64,000 bases of DNA from the human T2T-CHM13v2.0 reference genome, Homo sapiens: assembly GCF_009914755.1 (NCBI RefSeq), contig NC_060936.1; one strand, 5' to 3'. Of this stretch, positions 43,271-55,725 are shown piece after piece. Positions within the stretch are counted from its first letter, which is position 1. Each line of letters opens with the position of its first letter. Under the pieces are notes generated by a model. That model saw only the letters and a list, made by a program, of their open reading frames with translations, did no database searches and was not told the DNA's origin. The position numbers and the translations under genes were made by a program.

Positions 43271-46153
43271 CCTTAAATTACTATTTTCTGAATATAATAA
43301 TTTTCATATATGTATGAATTTGAATTATAAGTGTATTTATGAAGAACGTCTTTATGAAAAGTAATTTGGACTCAATTTTCTTCTCTTTAAAAGAGATTTG
43401 CAGCTTGGACCACATGAAGTCCAAGTATTATTTATTCACAACATTTTAGTCTAGAAAGTGTATTTGAGAGAAATTGAGGAAAAGCATAAGGACTGAAATT
43501 GTCAAGAAAGCATTGTTTCATCATTCTTTTTCTCTTTCCTTTCCTCTAAGTTTTAGAAATTTATAGACTGGCAATAGCCTATAAGATTATGTCATTAGCT
43601 AGGAAAAACTGTTAACTAGAGAGTGACTAATAAAGTATAATATAGCTTCTCATTAAACTGGAATTATGAGGTAAAGAGTAGTAAAAGATGATTAATATGC
43701 CGATTTAGGTTTTAAACATGGTGAGTGTGGTATCGATAAGAATATGTGTTTAGAGTTTGGGCAGTCTCATTCCTAGTCCTTGTTGGCTCTTTCCTAGCTT
43801 GAGGACTTGGTTAAATCATTTGCAACTCTTATGTAAATTTAGCCGGTAAAGGCAGCCTGGCATAGTGGAAAGAAATTTGGAGTAGACCATATCTAAATTT
43901 GAATTTGTTTTCTTACATATATGATCTTTGTAAACTTGAATAGGATATTTGAGGTCTAGTTTGTCCATTAAGAGAACATTATGGTGAAAATTAGAAAGAC
44001 ATATATGTGTATTTTGGACTCACGAGAAGTGGCGCAAAAAAAAAAAAACAGATATAGAGGAGATCAAGATTCCTTCTAGCTTTCAAATTCCATAATTCTG
44101 CAACTAGAACAATACAACTTTGTAGTCGACAATTTCCCAAATAAAAAGCAACAGAAACTATCGTTTCTGATATTTTTCAGTATGAAAATCATGCTTGAAA
44201 CTCAAACTTTTCTCTGTGCCAGAATACTTTGCAATGATTCTAATCTTAAACATTGTTTAAATGGTCTCTAATTATTGTAGCTCAGCACAATCAACTGAGA
44301 GGGGAAAATCTTAATATTTTCTTTAAATGATTTTAAAGTAAAGATCAGAAGACTACATTATATGTGAGATATTACAGCTATTTTATAAAATCAAGTTGAA
44401 TTTTAGAATGCTAAAACTCATATTAAAGCCCACAACCTCTACAGAAATAACCTATTTTAAGAATATTCTACTATAAATATTTAGTAGTTGATTTTTAATG
44501 TCCCAATCCATTTTCAAAGAAAAAGAAAAAAGGTAGTTTTCTATTGAAAAGTCAGTCCCTATCTCATAGAATGGCATTTGAAAATGATATTTTAGTTAAT
44601 CCATAGCTAGATGCTTACTTTTTAGGAAAATGTTGTTTGTAATTGAAAATTAAAGACGCTGAGGAAGAAGCTAGTTATAGACCAACAGATACAATGTAAT
44701 TTAATAATTAGATTATTTTGAAGGTGGTTATTAAAGTGTATGAAGTTTTTATACAAGTATGAAATGTTTTTATGAGAAAAACAAAGGAGTAAGATGCTAG
44801 CCAGCCATCTTCTTTAAGAGAAATTTAAGTTTTTCAATTTATGGAATTCTGTGAAAGGTGACCTTGGTTGTAAATCTGATTAATTCTGATGAAGAATATT
44901 AAAAGAGTCAGGCCTGAAATCTCTCTTGAAAAAAAAATAACAACAGTATATGTTTTGAAGAGAACTCTAGTATATTAATGGACCAAAATTGGGAGGAGAC
45001 AGAAAGTTTCCTTTTTTGAAGATAAAGTTAATAATACTTTAAATTTACCCTTAAAAATTGTACCTTTGAAGTTATATATGGCCATTTGATTCAACAAACT
45101 CCTATTGAGCACTATCATATATTGAGCACTATTATATATTGTTGATATAATTTCAAATTTAATTTAATATCTAAGTTCTAAACATTAAAACCACAGGGCA
45201 GTCTCTGTACCTTATGATTACACTTAATATAAGTAAATGATACAGTTTTTTTAAAGTAGAGCTTAAGTTTATTTTCAAAAATAAAAAAAAGTAATGGGAT
45301 TTCAAAAAGAAAACAATGTCTTACGTGAAATAGGCTTTTTTTCTCTCTCTGAAAGCATTAATAATGAACATCATCCAATTAAAACTGTGTAATGAATTGC
45401 AGCATTAATGTTTAAAGTTGGAGAACCTGCGTCTGGGGTCTTGAGTTTTCTCTTTCCATTCCTACAGCAAGGAGTGCTTGGGTGAGAAGGGTGTATTCTC
45501 CAAAGAAACCCCACTAAACATAAATACATGGTTCACTGTGGCCCATATGCCTTAGGAATTTATCTTTAGTAAATTACAGTTTGAGTAACTGCTGTTACTA
45601 TTATCTAAGACTATTCCAAAATAGACTACTCACACAAGATTCATGCAATATTCTCAAATCTAGAAGTCCCTTATATATTTCAGGGAAGTATAGCTCTGGT
45701 ACTGGACCAGCACCTGTTATTTAGAACCATCTAAGGAACCTTTCAACACAAAGAATGTGGAGATTTTCATACTTTATTGTCTCTTGCCAGCCAGAACCAC
45801 AACATTCTCATTATAGTGTCTTCTCATTAAAGGAAGAGAAAATCATAATAATGTGACATTTTCATGTTACCAAGTTTCTTACTTGGATTATAAATTTACA
45901 GTTTTACATAAAATAGTAGGCCAAAGATGTAGACAGATAGTTCAATAGATTAGACACACAAACACAAATGGACACACACACACAGAACTTTACTTCCTAA
46001 TCCTTGCTGTTACCATGTATGACTACAAGTATAAATTATTTTGTTTTAATTTATGAATATACTAATCACTGATGCTTCATCAGTGAATTTACCTGCCCAT
46101 TTTGTCATCTTGTTCTCCAAGCTTTCTGCCTTCTATTTCTAATATATATCTGC

Positions 46154-46573
46154 TGATGTAGTTTGGATGTGTGTCCCTGCTCACATCTCATTGAAATCTA
46201 ATCCCCAGTGTGGGAAGTGGGGACTGAAAGGGAGATGATTGGATCACAGGGGAGGATTACTCATGGTTTAGCGGCATCTCCCATGGTACCGTCCTTGCAA
46301 TAGTGAGTCAGTTCTTCTGAGATCTGGTCATTTGAAACTGTGTAGCACCTACCCCCTTGCTCTCTCTTGCTCCTTCTCTGGCCATGTCACGTGTCTGCTC
46401 CCCCTTTACCTTTGCCATGATTGTGAGCTTCTGGGGAGGCCTCAAGAAGCTCAGCAGATGCCATCATGCTTCCTGTACAGCCTGCAGAACCACGAGCCAA
46501 TTAAACCTCTTTTCTTCATAAATTATGCAGTCTCAGGTATTGCTTTACAGCAATGTGAGAACAGACTAATACA
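46154..46573 (+). mobile_element. MSTA-like ERVL-MaLR solo LTR with an intact 5-bp TSD
   Basis: TG...CA ends (tgatgtagtttggatg...gactaataca). TSD tctgc at 46149-46153 and 46574-46578. Confidence 0.93.
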
Positions 46574-49271
46574 TCTGCTTTGAAAAAAGTTTTTCCAAAG
46601 CTCCATGATGTTTAACTAGCATTTTGAACATTTTGGGAGCTCTGCTACTTCCTACTGGTCCCTTAGATTTCATAACTGAAATTTACAAATAAATTATTTC
46701 TACACTGGATGTTAGAAACATTTCACATTTACCTTAATTTTCTACTGCATATAGTGTTGAAAAAGTGAGCAAAAGTTATGTATTATAATGTCCTTGCTTG
46801 CATGCTTTTTAATATAGACTGCAACTATATATAAAAAAGAAGAAATTTAGTTTTGTTTCATCTCTCCACTAATTAACTAGCATATTAATTTTACTTGTAC
46901 ATGGCCTTTACAAAATTCAAATAGTTATATATTTCTGATGTATTTTCCTCAGACACCATCTTAGAGAAAATGTCATTTAGAAGTCTCTAGTATTCTCAGT
47001 CTATTTTTGCAAGGTTCAAAGTAGTCACTACTCATTAATGTTTTATTAAAATATGTGTTCATGTAATATAATCAAAATCATTCAAATATGAATATTCTTT
47101 GAATAACTCCAGAACTTCTGGTAATGTCAAATTTACAAAGAACTTGAGGAGTGAACAGAAATTTAGCAAGATAAGTAAAGGACATGAAAGTGTGAATAAA
47201 CCTTTTGATAAAATTTTTAAATTAGAAAAATCATGTTGGAGTTATATGTACATATATAATTTTCTATATATAGAAATCTTTCTCTTCTAACTTATGAATT
47301 GAAAGTAGTATTGTTTTTCACTGATGCCTTTTATTCATTTTTAGTTTCATAGACCTTATTTCCAGGTAATATATATTGCTGAAGAGCAAATGGATAATGA
47401 GGAAATATGGGCAATAAGCACATAATACTCTACTATAACTCCAGTAGATTTGATGATAAAAATGTAATTATTAAATGCAAAATAAGAAAATTTAAAATAT
47501 GTGAATTACAGTAATACTGTTAATTAACTGGCAAATTTGTAAGTGATGCCATTCTACTTATAAACTCTTCTAATAAAATAATTGCCTGATATCCACTATC
47601 TATGTCAATTGTTGCACAGTTTCACAGGAGAAGTCAACATTGACTTTCATATTTCCTATTAAAATATTAAAACTTCAATCCCACTCTAGATTTATCTTTT
47701 TCCTCATATAAAAACAATAAAATGGTAATATCTTATAAATAACTGTGGCCAATTTAAACTTTTTTGTTCCATACATAATGAAATCTGGGTCTTTTAAAAT
47801 CCTCTTTTGCTTTTTATCTCAACTATTCAACTTGAAGTAATATATCAGTAACGAACTTATAGCCACATCTCATGAAATTATTTTTATTATTGTTATCACT
47901 TTATGGCCAGCAAGAGTTATTCTCTAGCAATGTAAAAATTCATATTTTAAGAGTCTTTTAAATTATTGTTTAAACCATTAAATCTGATTCTTGGACTGAA
48001 ATTTTTGGCCAGGAACTTTAAGACACAAATTTTTTAGGTGTTGATATTTTGTTCCTGAACCCGGACAATTAATTACAGAAAAACATTAACACTTAAACCC
48101 TTAAAATAGTCTACTGACTAGACCTAGAAGATGAAAATTAATTGCTGTTACACCAAGAGCATATTTACATGGTTAGTGGACTCATGTAATATGGATTAAT
48201 TTTAAAATCTACTTTTTAGAAGAGTAAACACATAATAGTTATTGATTTACTGTCTTTTAACAACTTGTTACTATCCTAAGTAACAACATTCTAAGACAGT
48301 TAAATGAGTCAACAATTATTCCAGGCACAGTTAAATATCACAGTTATTAGTAACTACAGAATAATGTTTACGGAGCTAAGACAGTAGCTAGTTTCAACAG
48401 CAGTTGACATTATCGAGAAAAAGACAAATTTCATCTGTATTTTGTAAGAGAACTAGTTGTACATATGTTAGCTACATTTATTCTTTATTAAAAATTTAAC
48501 ATTTTTTGACGACAGGATTCATGCATGCTCTATTGATAATACAGTAAAGCATGATGTTTCTAACTGTAATATTTTAGTTCTTATCCATTTATATGATCAT
48601 TTTCTTTCTTAAATTGTTTGACTTGTATTTTTGTTATTTTTTTCTTTCAAACCAATTTTTCACACTAGCTAATGTGCAAAAATAAATGGATATGGTTAAA
48701 TATGAAATGCATTTGTCGAATGAATGAAACTGGAGTGAAATAACATAATAAATCCTCAGGCTAGTTATGTTTATTGTTGCCAAATGTCTCCCTGCTAAGA
48801 ACTAATAAGTATGAAAATGAATAATGAAAGTTTCCATGAAAAATTTTTGGGAGATCTATTCACAAGTCTTCACTATCTGGGAATGTGGAAATAAGTATTT
48901 GTTTTATACAAGTTCCATATGAAGATGGTAAAGATGAAATTAAGAAAATAGAGTCAAATAGAAAGCAACTACAGTATGACAGTTTCTAACATTATGTGGC
49001 TCACAGAAGAAAATTAACGGGAAAGTTCCATTGAAAGAAATACGTGTTGAATGAATATGTAAATAGAAGAAAGATTTTAAATTAAATTTTTCAAAGACTA
49101 AAAGTGATCTTGAAAATCTAATTTGAGTTTTAAATGTTTATATTCTAAAATAAATAGCTCAATAATAAGCATTTTGGAATTTACTTAAAATTCCTATTTT
49201 GCTAAAAATATACTTTGGCAAAATTAATTTGGGAAATATTGGGTGAGAGAAGATAATTAGAGGCTGAAATG

Positions 49272-49557
49272 TAATATATATACATATAATATATATTATA
49301 TAATTATATATATAATTATATAATTATATAAATATATATAATTATATTATATAATTATATAAATATATATAATTACATAATATATAATATATATTATATA
49401 TTTATATGATTATATATAATTATATAATAATTATGTATTAATTATATATTATATATATTATATATTATTTTATATATATAATATATATGATATATATTAT
49501 ATATATAATATAATATATAATATATATAATATATATTATATAAATATATATATATAA
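49272..49557. repeat. Interrupted (TA)n/AT-rich tract, ~285 bp
   Basis: Directly visible. Confidence 0.95.
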
Positions 49558-52519
49558 AGACTGGTTTCAAAGGAACATGCATATCCATCCAGATCCATAA
49601 AAAAAGATGCTCTCAACTATAAGCGTCACTTATGCCATTGTTCTTTAATTACAAATATTTGTAGACGCTTTGTTGTAAATATAATGAAACTGAATAGAGC
49701 CCTGAAGAGGACATTAAAAAATAAAAAATGATTGTGGAGTTTGGGAATAGACCTTTCCCAAACTAACAAAATAAACAGGACTTATATGACCTGATTTTCA
49801 GAATTCCTTTTAGAACTGTGTGCAGTAGAAAATGTGGGACCTAGATAGCTTATGGATTGTTAAATTGCATTCTTAACTGCTTATTGGATTACACTTTTGA
49901 TTATCCAGTCAATTTAAAAGTTTAAACACCCAATAGGTATTAACTATTTCAGTGGGAAACCAGAAAACCACAATAACCAGCATTACATGGGGTAGTTATC
50001 AATGGAAAGATGGGTTTTAGTTAATTTACAGGCCACATGAGGAAAAGTCAATCTAGTTCTGAAACAAATCACAAAACCCTTTTAGATTTTATAACTAGAA
50101 ACCACTCACTCAAAGAATTTGAAAAACCCTCCAAGAAAAAAGTGTGAAAACAATGTAAGAATGACAGAATTTAGTGAAGACTTTTTTTTTAGCACCACAT
50201 TTGTAGCGCCACATTCCAGCCATCATTTTGCAAACACAGCCACATGGCATCTTTAAGAAAAAATCAACACACTGGTATGTTAAAAATAAAACCTGGGAAA
50301 ACAGTGCATATTATAAGGCAGCCTCAGAGATTCAAATGTAAAATATGCATGGTAGATATTATAAAAGGTAAATAAACAGGCAAAATACATGAGTTAAAAA
50401 AACTATGCATTTATCAAAATGAGATTCCCAACCCAATGTGATATGTATTAGCTTTTACAGTCATTCTGAATTGTTTTTTCAAAATAAATATACACAGACA
50501 AAAAAATGTGTTACTCACATGTTTTTTTTTAAAACATTTTGATTATTAACACCAGTAATAATGCTAGTAACAAATACTGTGGATATTTTTGTGACTATCA
50601 AGAGTACCAAACATAAGTGATTTTCGTATTTATATGCCACTTAAATTTATATGAGTAAGAAGAATAAATGTGTCATGGTTCAATTGGGATTTGGAGAAAC
50701 AAAAGTTTTATTAATTTTTTATAATGTACAAAAATACTTTTATTCACTGAAAAGGTAAAAAGCAATCTCAAAAACAAGAAAAATCACAATATTACGTTGA
50801 GGAAATCCAAATATGGTATAAACAACCTGTTCAATATTTATTTTTTATTTTCAGTGTTAGACTTTATCTACTTAAAGTTCACTATAAATGATTATTATAA
50901 TTCAAGCTTGGACACAGCAGTGACCTTACAAAGCAACTGTTATTTGAATATTGTAATATCTACCTCAACCCCAAATTTGCGCAACGTAACTCATTCACAG
51001 CACTTAAATTGATGTAAACGCTTTGCTGCTAAAAATTGGTTCTGGTCACTTTCATTAAAATGTTTAATTTTTTTTCTCCATGCTTTATTTATGCTGTATC
51101 TGCTGTTAAGTAATAAAATATGGAAAGGATTTTGAAATAATTTCTATATCCAGACACATAATGTTGGGTATATCAATGAAAATTCAATGACATATTACTA
51201 TACATCATGAAATTCCTATTTTGACCTGTTAAACGGTTTTTTATACATACCAGGAGAGTCATTCAAATCATTTTACATATTAAATTACTTATCAAAACAC
51301 AACATATATATAGACCTTGACATTTTTTAAAGAACCAAGGATTTAACAATAAAATATTTAAAGGACCAGAACAAATCTTGAGCAGAACACAGATTATGTA
51401 GCAAAGAAGTGACTTCTTGAAAAATAGAGCATAATCATCAAGACATAGTTTCAGCACTTGTATAAGCAATTGATGAGTTGATTTATATGCTCACCTGCAA
51501 ATAAGCAGCAGATTGTTGTTAAACATAAAATCTATAACAATAATGTTGCAGAAAAGGGAAAACAATTGTCAAAGATTTGTTAGTCGTACATATTTTTGTT
51601 CTAGGAGTCCATCAGTAGGTTTAGCTCCAATATCAATATTTTGAGGCCAGAGTCTCTTGCTATTTTATTTTCATATGGGTAATTTTAGTATGATTATACA
51701 TTGACCATATTAAATTGCTTCTTTTTATGTTTTTTCATTTCTGGAGTAATCATAGGACAAAGTAATGACTTTGCAATGAATGCCAATATGTGATTCTCTC
51801 AGAGATGTGTTATTTTGCTCCTCAATTTATTCTCTATATATGTAGTGATTTGGGAATTTATATGATAACAAAAAACTCTCACTAAATGCAATGAGAGAAT
51901 AAGCTATATAGATTACTGCTCAAATTGTTACTTTACACATAGCAGAACAATACAACTCAAGCTTTTAATCACACCTAAAATATTGTTTTGACAAAACATT
52001 ATATATTCACTTAAGTGTTTGTTAAAGACTCATTTTCTATAGCATTTTCATTCCACTTCAAAACTGCTATAAAGCTGTCTTGTAATATTACACAATGTGC
52101 TTTTTAAATTGTAATTATTATTTGCTTAAGGAATTATACCAAGCAATGGAAAGTTTACAAACTGTTTTTAAAATATAGGTTTACGTTGTGAGTAAGTACA
52201 AAAAGATTTAAAGATTCATCAGCAGCTTCAAATACAACATAATAATATTGGGGGGAAATGTACCATATGGTAAATTTCTGTCAATAGAAAAGTCCCTTAA
52301 AATGTAGAAACACTGTTAAGAATAAAAGTTTGATCTAAAGAAAAGCTGGGCTTTAATGCAATTCAGTCTATTTCATTTTGAAATATTTTAGAAGCATATG
52401 AAATTATCTATATGTGTTTCAATACTTTATACAAAAAGTACTACCCTCCTTACATGTTACTTTTCATGTTGGTTAAAAAAAAAAAAAAAAAAAAAAGCTT
52501 ATATTAAGAATAAAACCCT

Positions 52520-52680
52520 TTGCATGCCTTTAGTCCCGGCTTCTGGGAAGGCTGAGTTGAGATGAGAGGATCACTTGAGCCCAGCATGTGGAGGCTTTGG
52601 TGAGCTGAGATTCAATTCATACACTGCACTCCAGCCTGGGTGACTATGAAACACTGTATCAAAAAATAAATAAAATGAAG
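52520..52680 (+). mobile_element. 5'-truncated Alu right arm / FRAM-like, preceded by an A22 run (52475-52496)
   Basis: gcatgcctttagtcccggct...cactgcactccagcctgggtgac, flanked by aaaaccct at 52512 and 52681. Confidence 0.85.
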
Positions 52681-54094
52681 AAAACCCTGAAGACATCTTT
52701 ATACTAAGATAGTTTTATCAAGAATATTAACTAACGAGAAATTATATTATTGAATTAAATTTTAAAATACATACTTACTTCTACTTATTACCTTGAATAA
52801 TGCTTGGAAGGCACTTGACTTAGCTTACTGTAGTGGAACAAAATGTATTAGTCATTTGTGAAAATCTGCTTACTGTTTTATTAATCTCTTTTTTATCTTA
52901 AATAAATATATCAAAATTGTAAAGTTACTTCATTAGTTCATTACTCAGACACCCTTCTCCCTCTACCTCCACCGGTGGCCCCAGCATTCTCCCTATTTAA
53001 TGTATTCTCATAAATAAATATTCGGTATCCAGGCAACAGTTATATTTACAAACAATTTTTACTGCTGAGGCAAGATGAGGGTTTACTATTACTTTTATTG
53101 TTTTTTAAAATGGACCAAAGTAGACATTCCATTCTGTTATCTGGGAAAAAATATCAAGCTATAGGTTTCCAATGTATAAATAGTAAGTAGAAGGAGGATA
53201 GGTTTTTAAGACACTTTCTTAATGCATTTTAGGCCAATAGTTTATCATCTAAGAAACTCTTGCTTCTATGCTTAGTAATATTTCTGTTGCTTGAAAGAGT
53301 TCTTGCCCTTTCTTGAAGGACTACTGACTGATTCATAGAGAGTAGCTCAGCGTAGAATGAATCTGGCTAACACGTGGAAGTCAACTTCAGTTGGCATCTC
53401 TCTCAGTTGTTAGTCTCTCTACTGAGATTTGCCTTCACAAGTGCCAACCATGAAGGTCTCTAAATTCCTGAGCCATGATCTGTCTCTAGCTCCGTTACAG
53501 ACTAGTGTCTGTAGACATGAGCATTAGTCTTTATTGTATCCTGCATGTCCTGTACTTAATCATTAGCCTTTAACTTTATCCCTGCTTTTTAGTGCTGTTC
53601 TCTTGGTGGAATAAAAGTAAAATATATTCCCTGTATGGAGGTTCATTAACTCCTTTGAATTTGTTTTGCTAATCATAATTTTAAGATTAAAAACCAAAAT
53701 TCAGTACTCTGTATTTAAAGAGCTTTTAAACATAAAATGAACATTTACAATCAATATTCACCATCATGTTGCATCAAATTTGAAATTACAGACCAATTTC
53801 CTCAAATGGCCTAATGTTTGCTGACTCTTCTATTTGAATTTATATTTTTTAAATATTTAAAATTTTAGTTGGAAAAGTATTAATCTCAAAAAACATTCTA
53901 TTTTTTTTTTCTCTAACCTTACTTAAGCACGAAAGCATCACAATGGAGAATCATGTAGTTTCAACCTTTGCCTCAAGCCAGTACTGAGGAAGCCCTGGAA
54001 TGCCTCACTCTGCTACTTCCAAACCCTTTCCCCACAGATACAGCCCTGTGCTCTTGCTTAATCCTAAGGGGATTTAAAGCAGAGGATCATAATT

Positions 54095-54112
54095 TTTATT
54101 TTTTTGTTTATT

Positions 54113-54147
<35 letters not shown>

Positions 54148-54433
54148 TTTTTGAGACGGAGTTTGGCTCTTGTTGTCCAGGCTGGAGTGCAATGGCACGA
54201 TCTCGGCTCACCGCAACCCTCCGCCTCCCAGGTTCAAGCGATTACCCTGCCTCAGCCTTCCGAGTAGCTGGGATTACAGGCATGCGCCACCACGCCCGGC
54301 TAATTTTGTGTTTTTGATAGAGACAGGGTTTCGCCATGTTGGTCAGGCTGGTCTCGAACTCCTGACCTCAAGTGATCCGCCAGCCTTGGTCTCCCAGTGC
54401 TGGGATTACAGGCGTAAGCCACTGCGCCAGGCC
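54095..54433 (-). mobile_element. AluS with a (TTTA)n tail
   Basis: Full antisense Alu with short flanking ataatt repeats. Confidence 0.95.
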
Positions 54434-54614
54434 ATAATTCTTTAATAGTATTCTTGATATGGCATCCTGGGGTCTTACTGAGTAAACATTCTGAATCCAC
54501 GAACTATTCTTAGGACTAGGACTATTGTTTTTAACCTCTCAAAGTTTTTATTATATATAAATAATAATTTCTTCCATTTTATGGCCCCTGTGTACAAAGC
54601 AGTCTCACTGATCT

Positions 54615-54810
54615 TACTACCACTTACAACATAATCAGAAAGGCAGTCTTCACAATAATCCTGATGTGCATATATTATTTCTCTCATTTATAAAACTGAT
54701 ACTCAGAAAGACTGTTACCTGTCCAGAGTCACAAAGCTCTATTTTAGGTAGCCAAAGTAAAATTCATGAATATCTTGATATTCTAGATCTAATGTACTTT
54801 CCACTTTACC
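54615..54810 (-). mobile_element. MIR fragment
   Basis: ttcacaataatcctg...aaactgatactcagaaag...agtcacaaagct. Confidence 0.6.
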
Positions 54811-55260
54811 AAAAACTCCTTTTTCTGAAAAAGACCTTCATTCAACCGGACTATTTATAAGACAAATGTTAACATGTTTTATTATAATAATATAAATAAT
54901 TATAGCAATTTAAACTATGAAAATATAAACAAATATAAGTACCTTAAAACTAAGAAGATTTATCATTTTATAGTTGTGAAACACCAACGATATTTGAATC
55001 TGTTGATAGAAGGAAACCATTATATCTATTTAATATTTTTAGTACCCTCCCTCTATTTAACCTAAACACATTTTATACCAATCTTGATTATACAGTATTA
55101 CTTTGTAAACAAAAATAAGCTCAACAAAGATACGTCTGTTAAACTCCAAGATCATAGACTTTTCAACTGCATGTTTTTGACTTAAATATATTTCTTACTT
55201 TAAAATATAATGTATTTGGTTCATATTCAGTGAAAGTGTATATTTAATATCACTGTCTAG

Positions 55261-55406
55261 GTTGTTCAGTTAAGGGAATACCAATATCGCCAATAATAAC
55301 AAATACAAGACCTTCTAAAAAAGAACGTATATCATTCCGAGACAATCCTGTACAACTCAGTGGTGGATGGGGAAGTGGCAAAAAGAAGGCGAACATTTCC
55401 AACTAA
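55261..55406 (+). CDS. LRRIQ1: Putative alternative distal terminal exon: (S)CSVKGIPISPIITNTRPSKKERISFRDNPVQLSGGWGSGKKKANISN*
   Basis: AG at 55259-55260. Phase-1 entry matches the internal donor A|GTAAGT at 37166/37167. 47 open codons in non-repeat sequence with higher GC and CpG than its flanks. AATAAA at 55720 and 55804. Confidence 0.72.
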
Positions 55407-55719
55407 TCCTTAAGGCTTCAGCATTCAAAACATGTGGCAAACTGTTTCATGAAGTCTGGATATCTAGTCATGTTACCAACTGGATACAAGGTTTTAGACT
55501 CCTATATTTAATTTGGTTTATTATACGTATTTCACAAGTTTGTTTTCTAGTGGAGCTATCTTATTTCTCTTCTATAAAATGTAGTTTTGCATTTCTTCCT
55601 GTGTTCATGTGGAATGGCCTCCAGAAAATTCTTAAGATATTGTAATGGAACTTGCATATCCAGTTTTTTTAGTTTTAATTTTTATGACACATGTATTCCA
55701 GATAGCTTTTGTTACCAAT

Positions 55720-55725
55720 AATAAA
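55720..55725 (+). terminator. Candidate polyadenylation signal (AATAAA) for the distal exon
   Basis: Canonical hexamer about 310 nt after the TAA at 55404-55406. Second copy at 55804-55809. Confidence 0.45.

Noticed and set aside
45104-45141. 17-bp tandem duplication attgagcactat(c/t)atat; similar small duplications at 33460-33496 and 57437-57485
   Set aside because: Ordinary slippage duplications in old repeat or AT-rich sequence, with no sign of function.
55367-55645. 92-aa ATG ORF overlapping the distal exon
   Set aside because: Different frame from the splice-compatible exon, runs through AT-rich presumptive 3' UTR, and resembles no protein I recognise.
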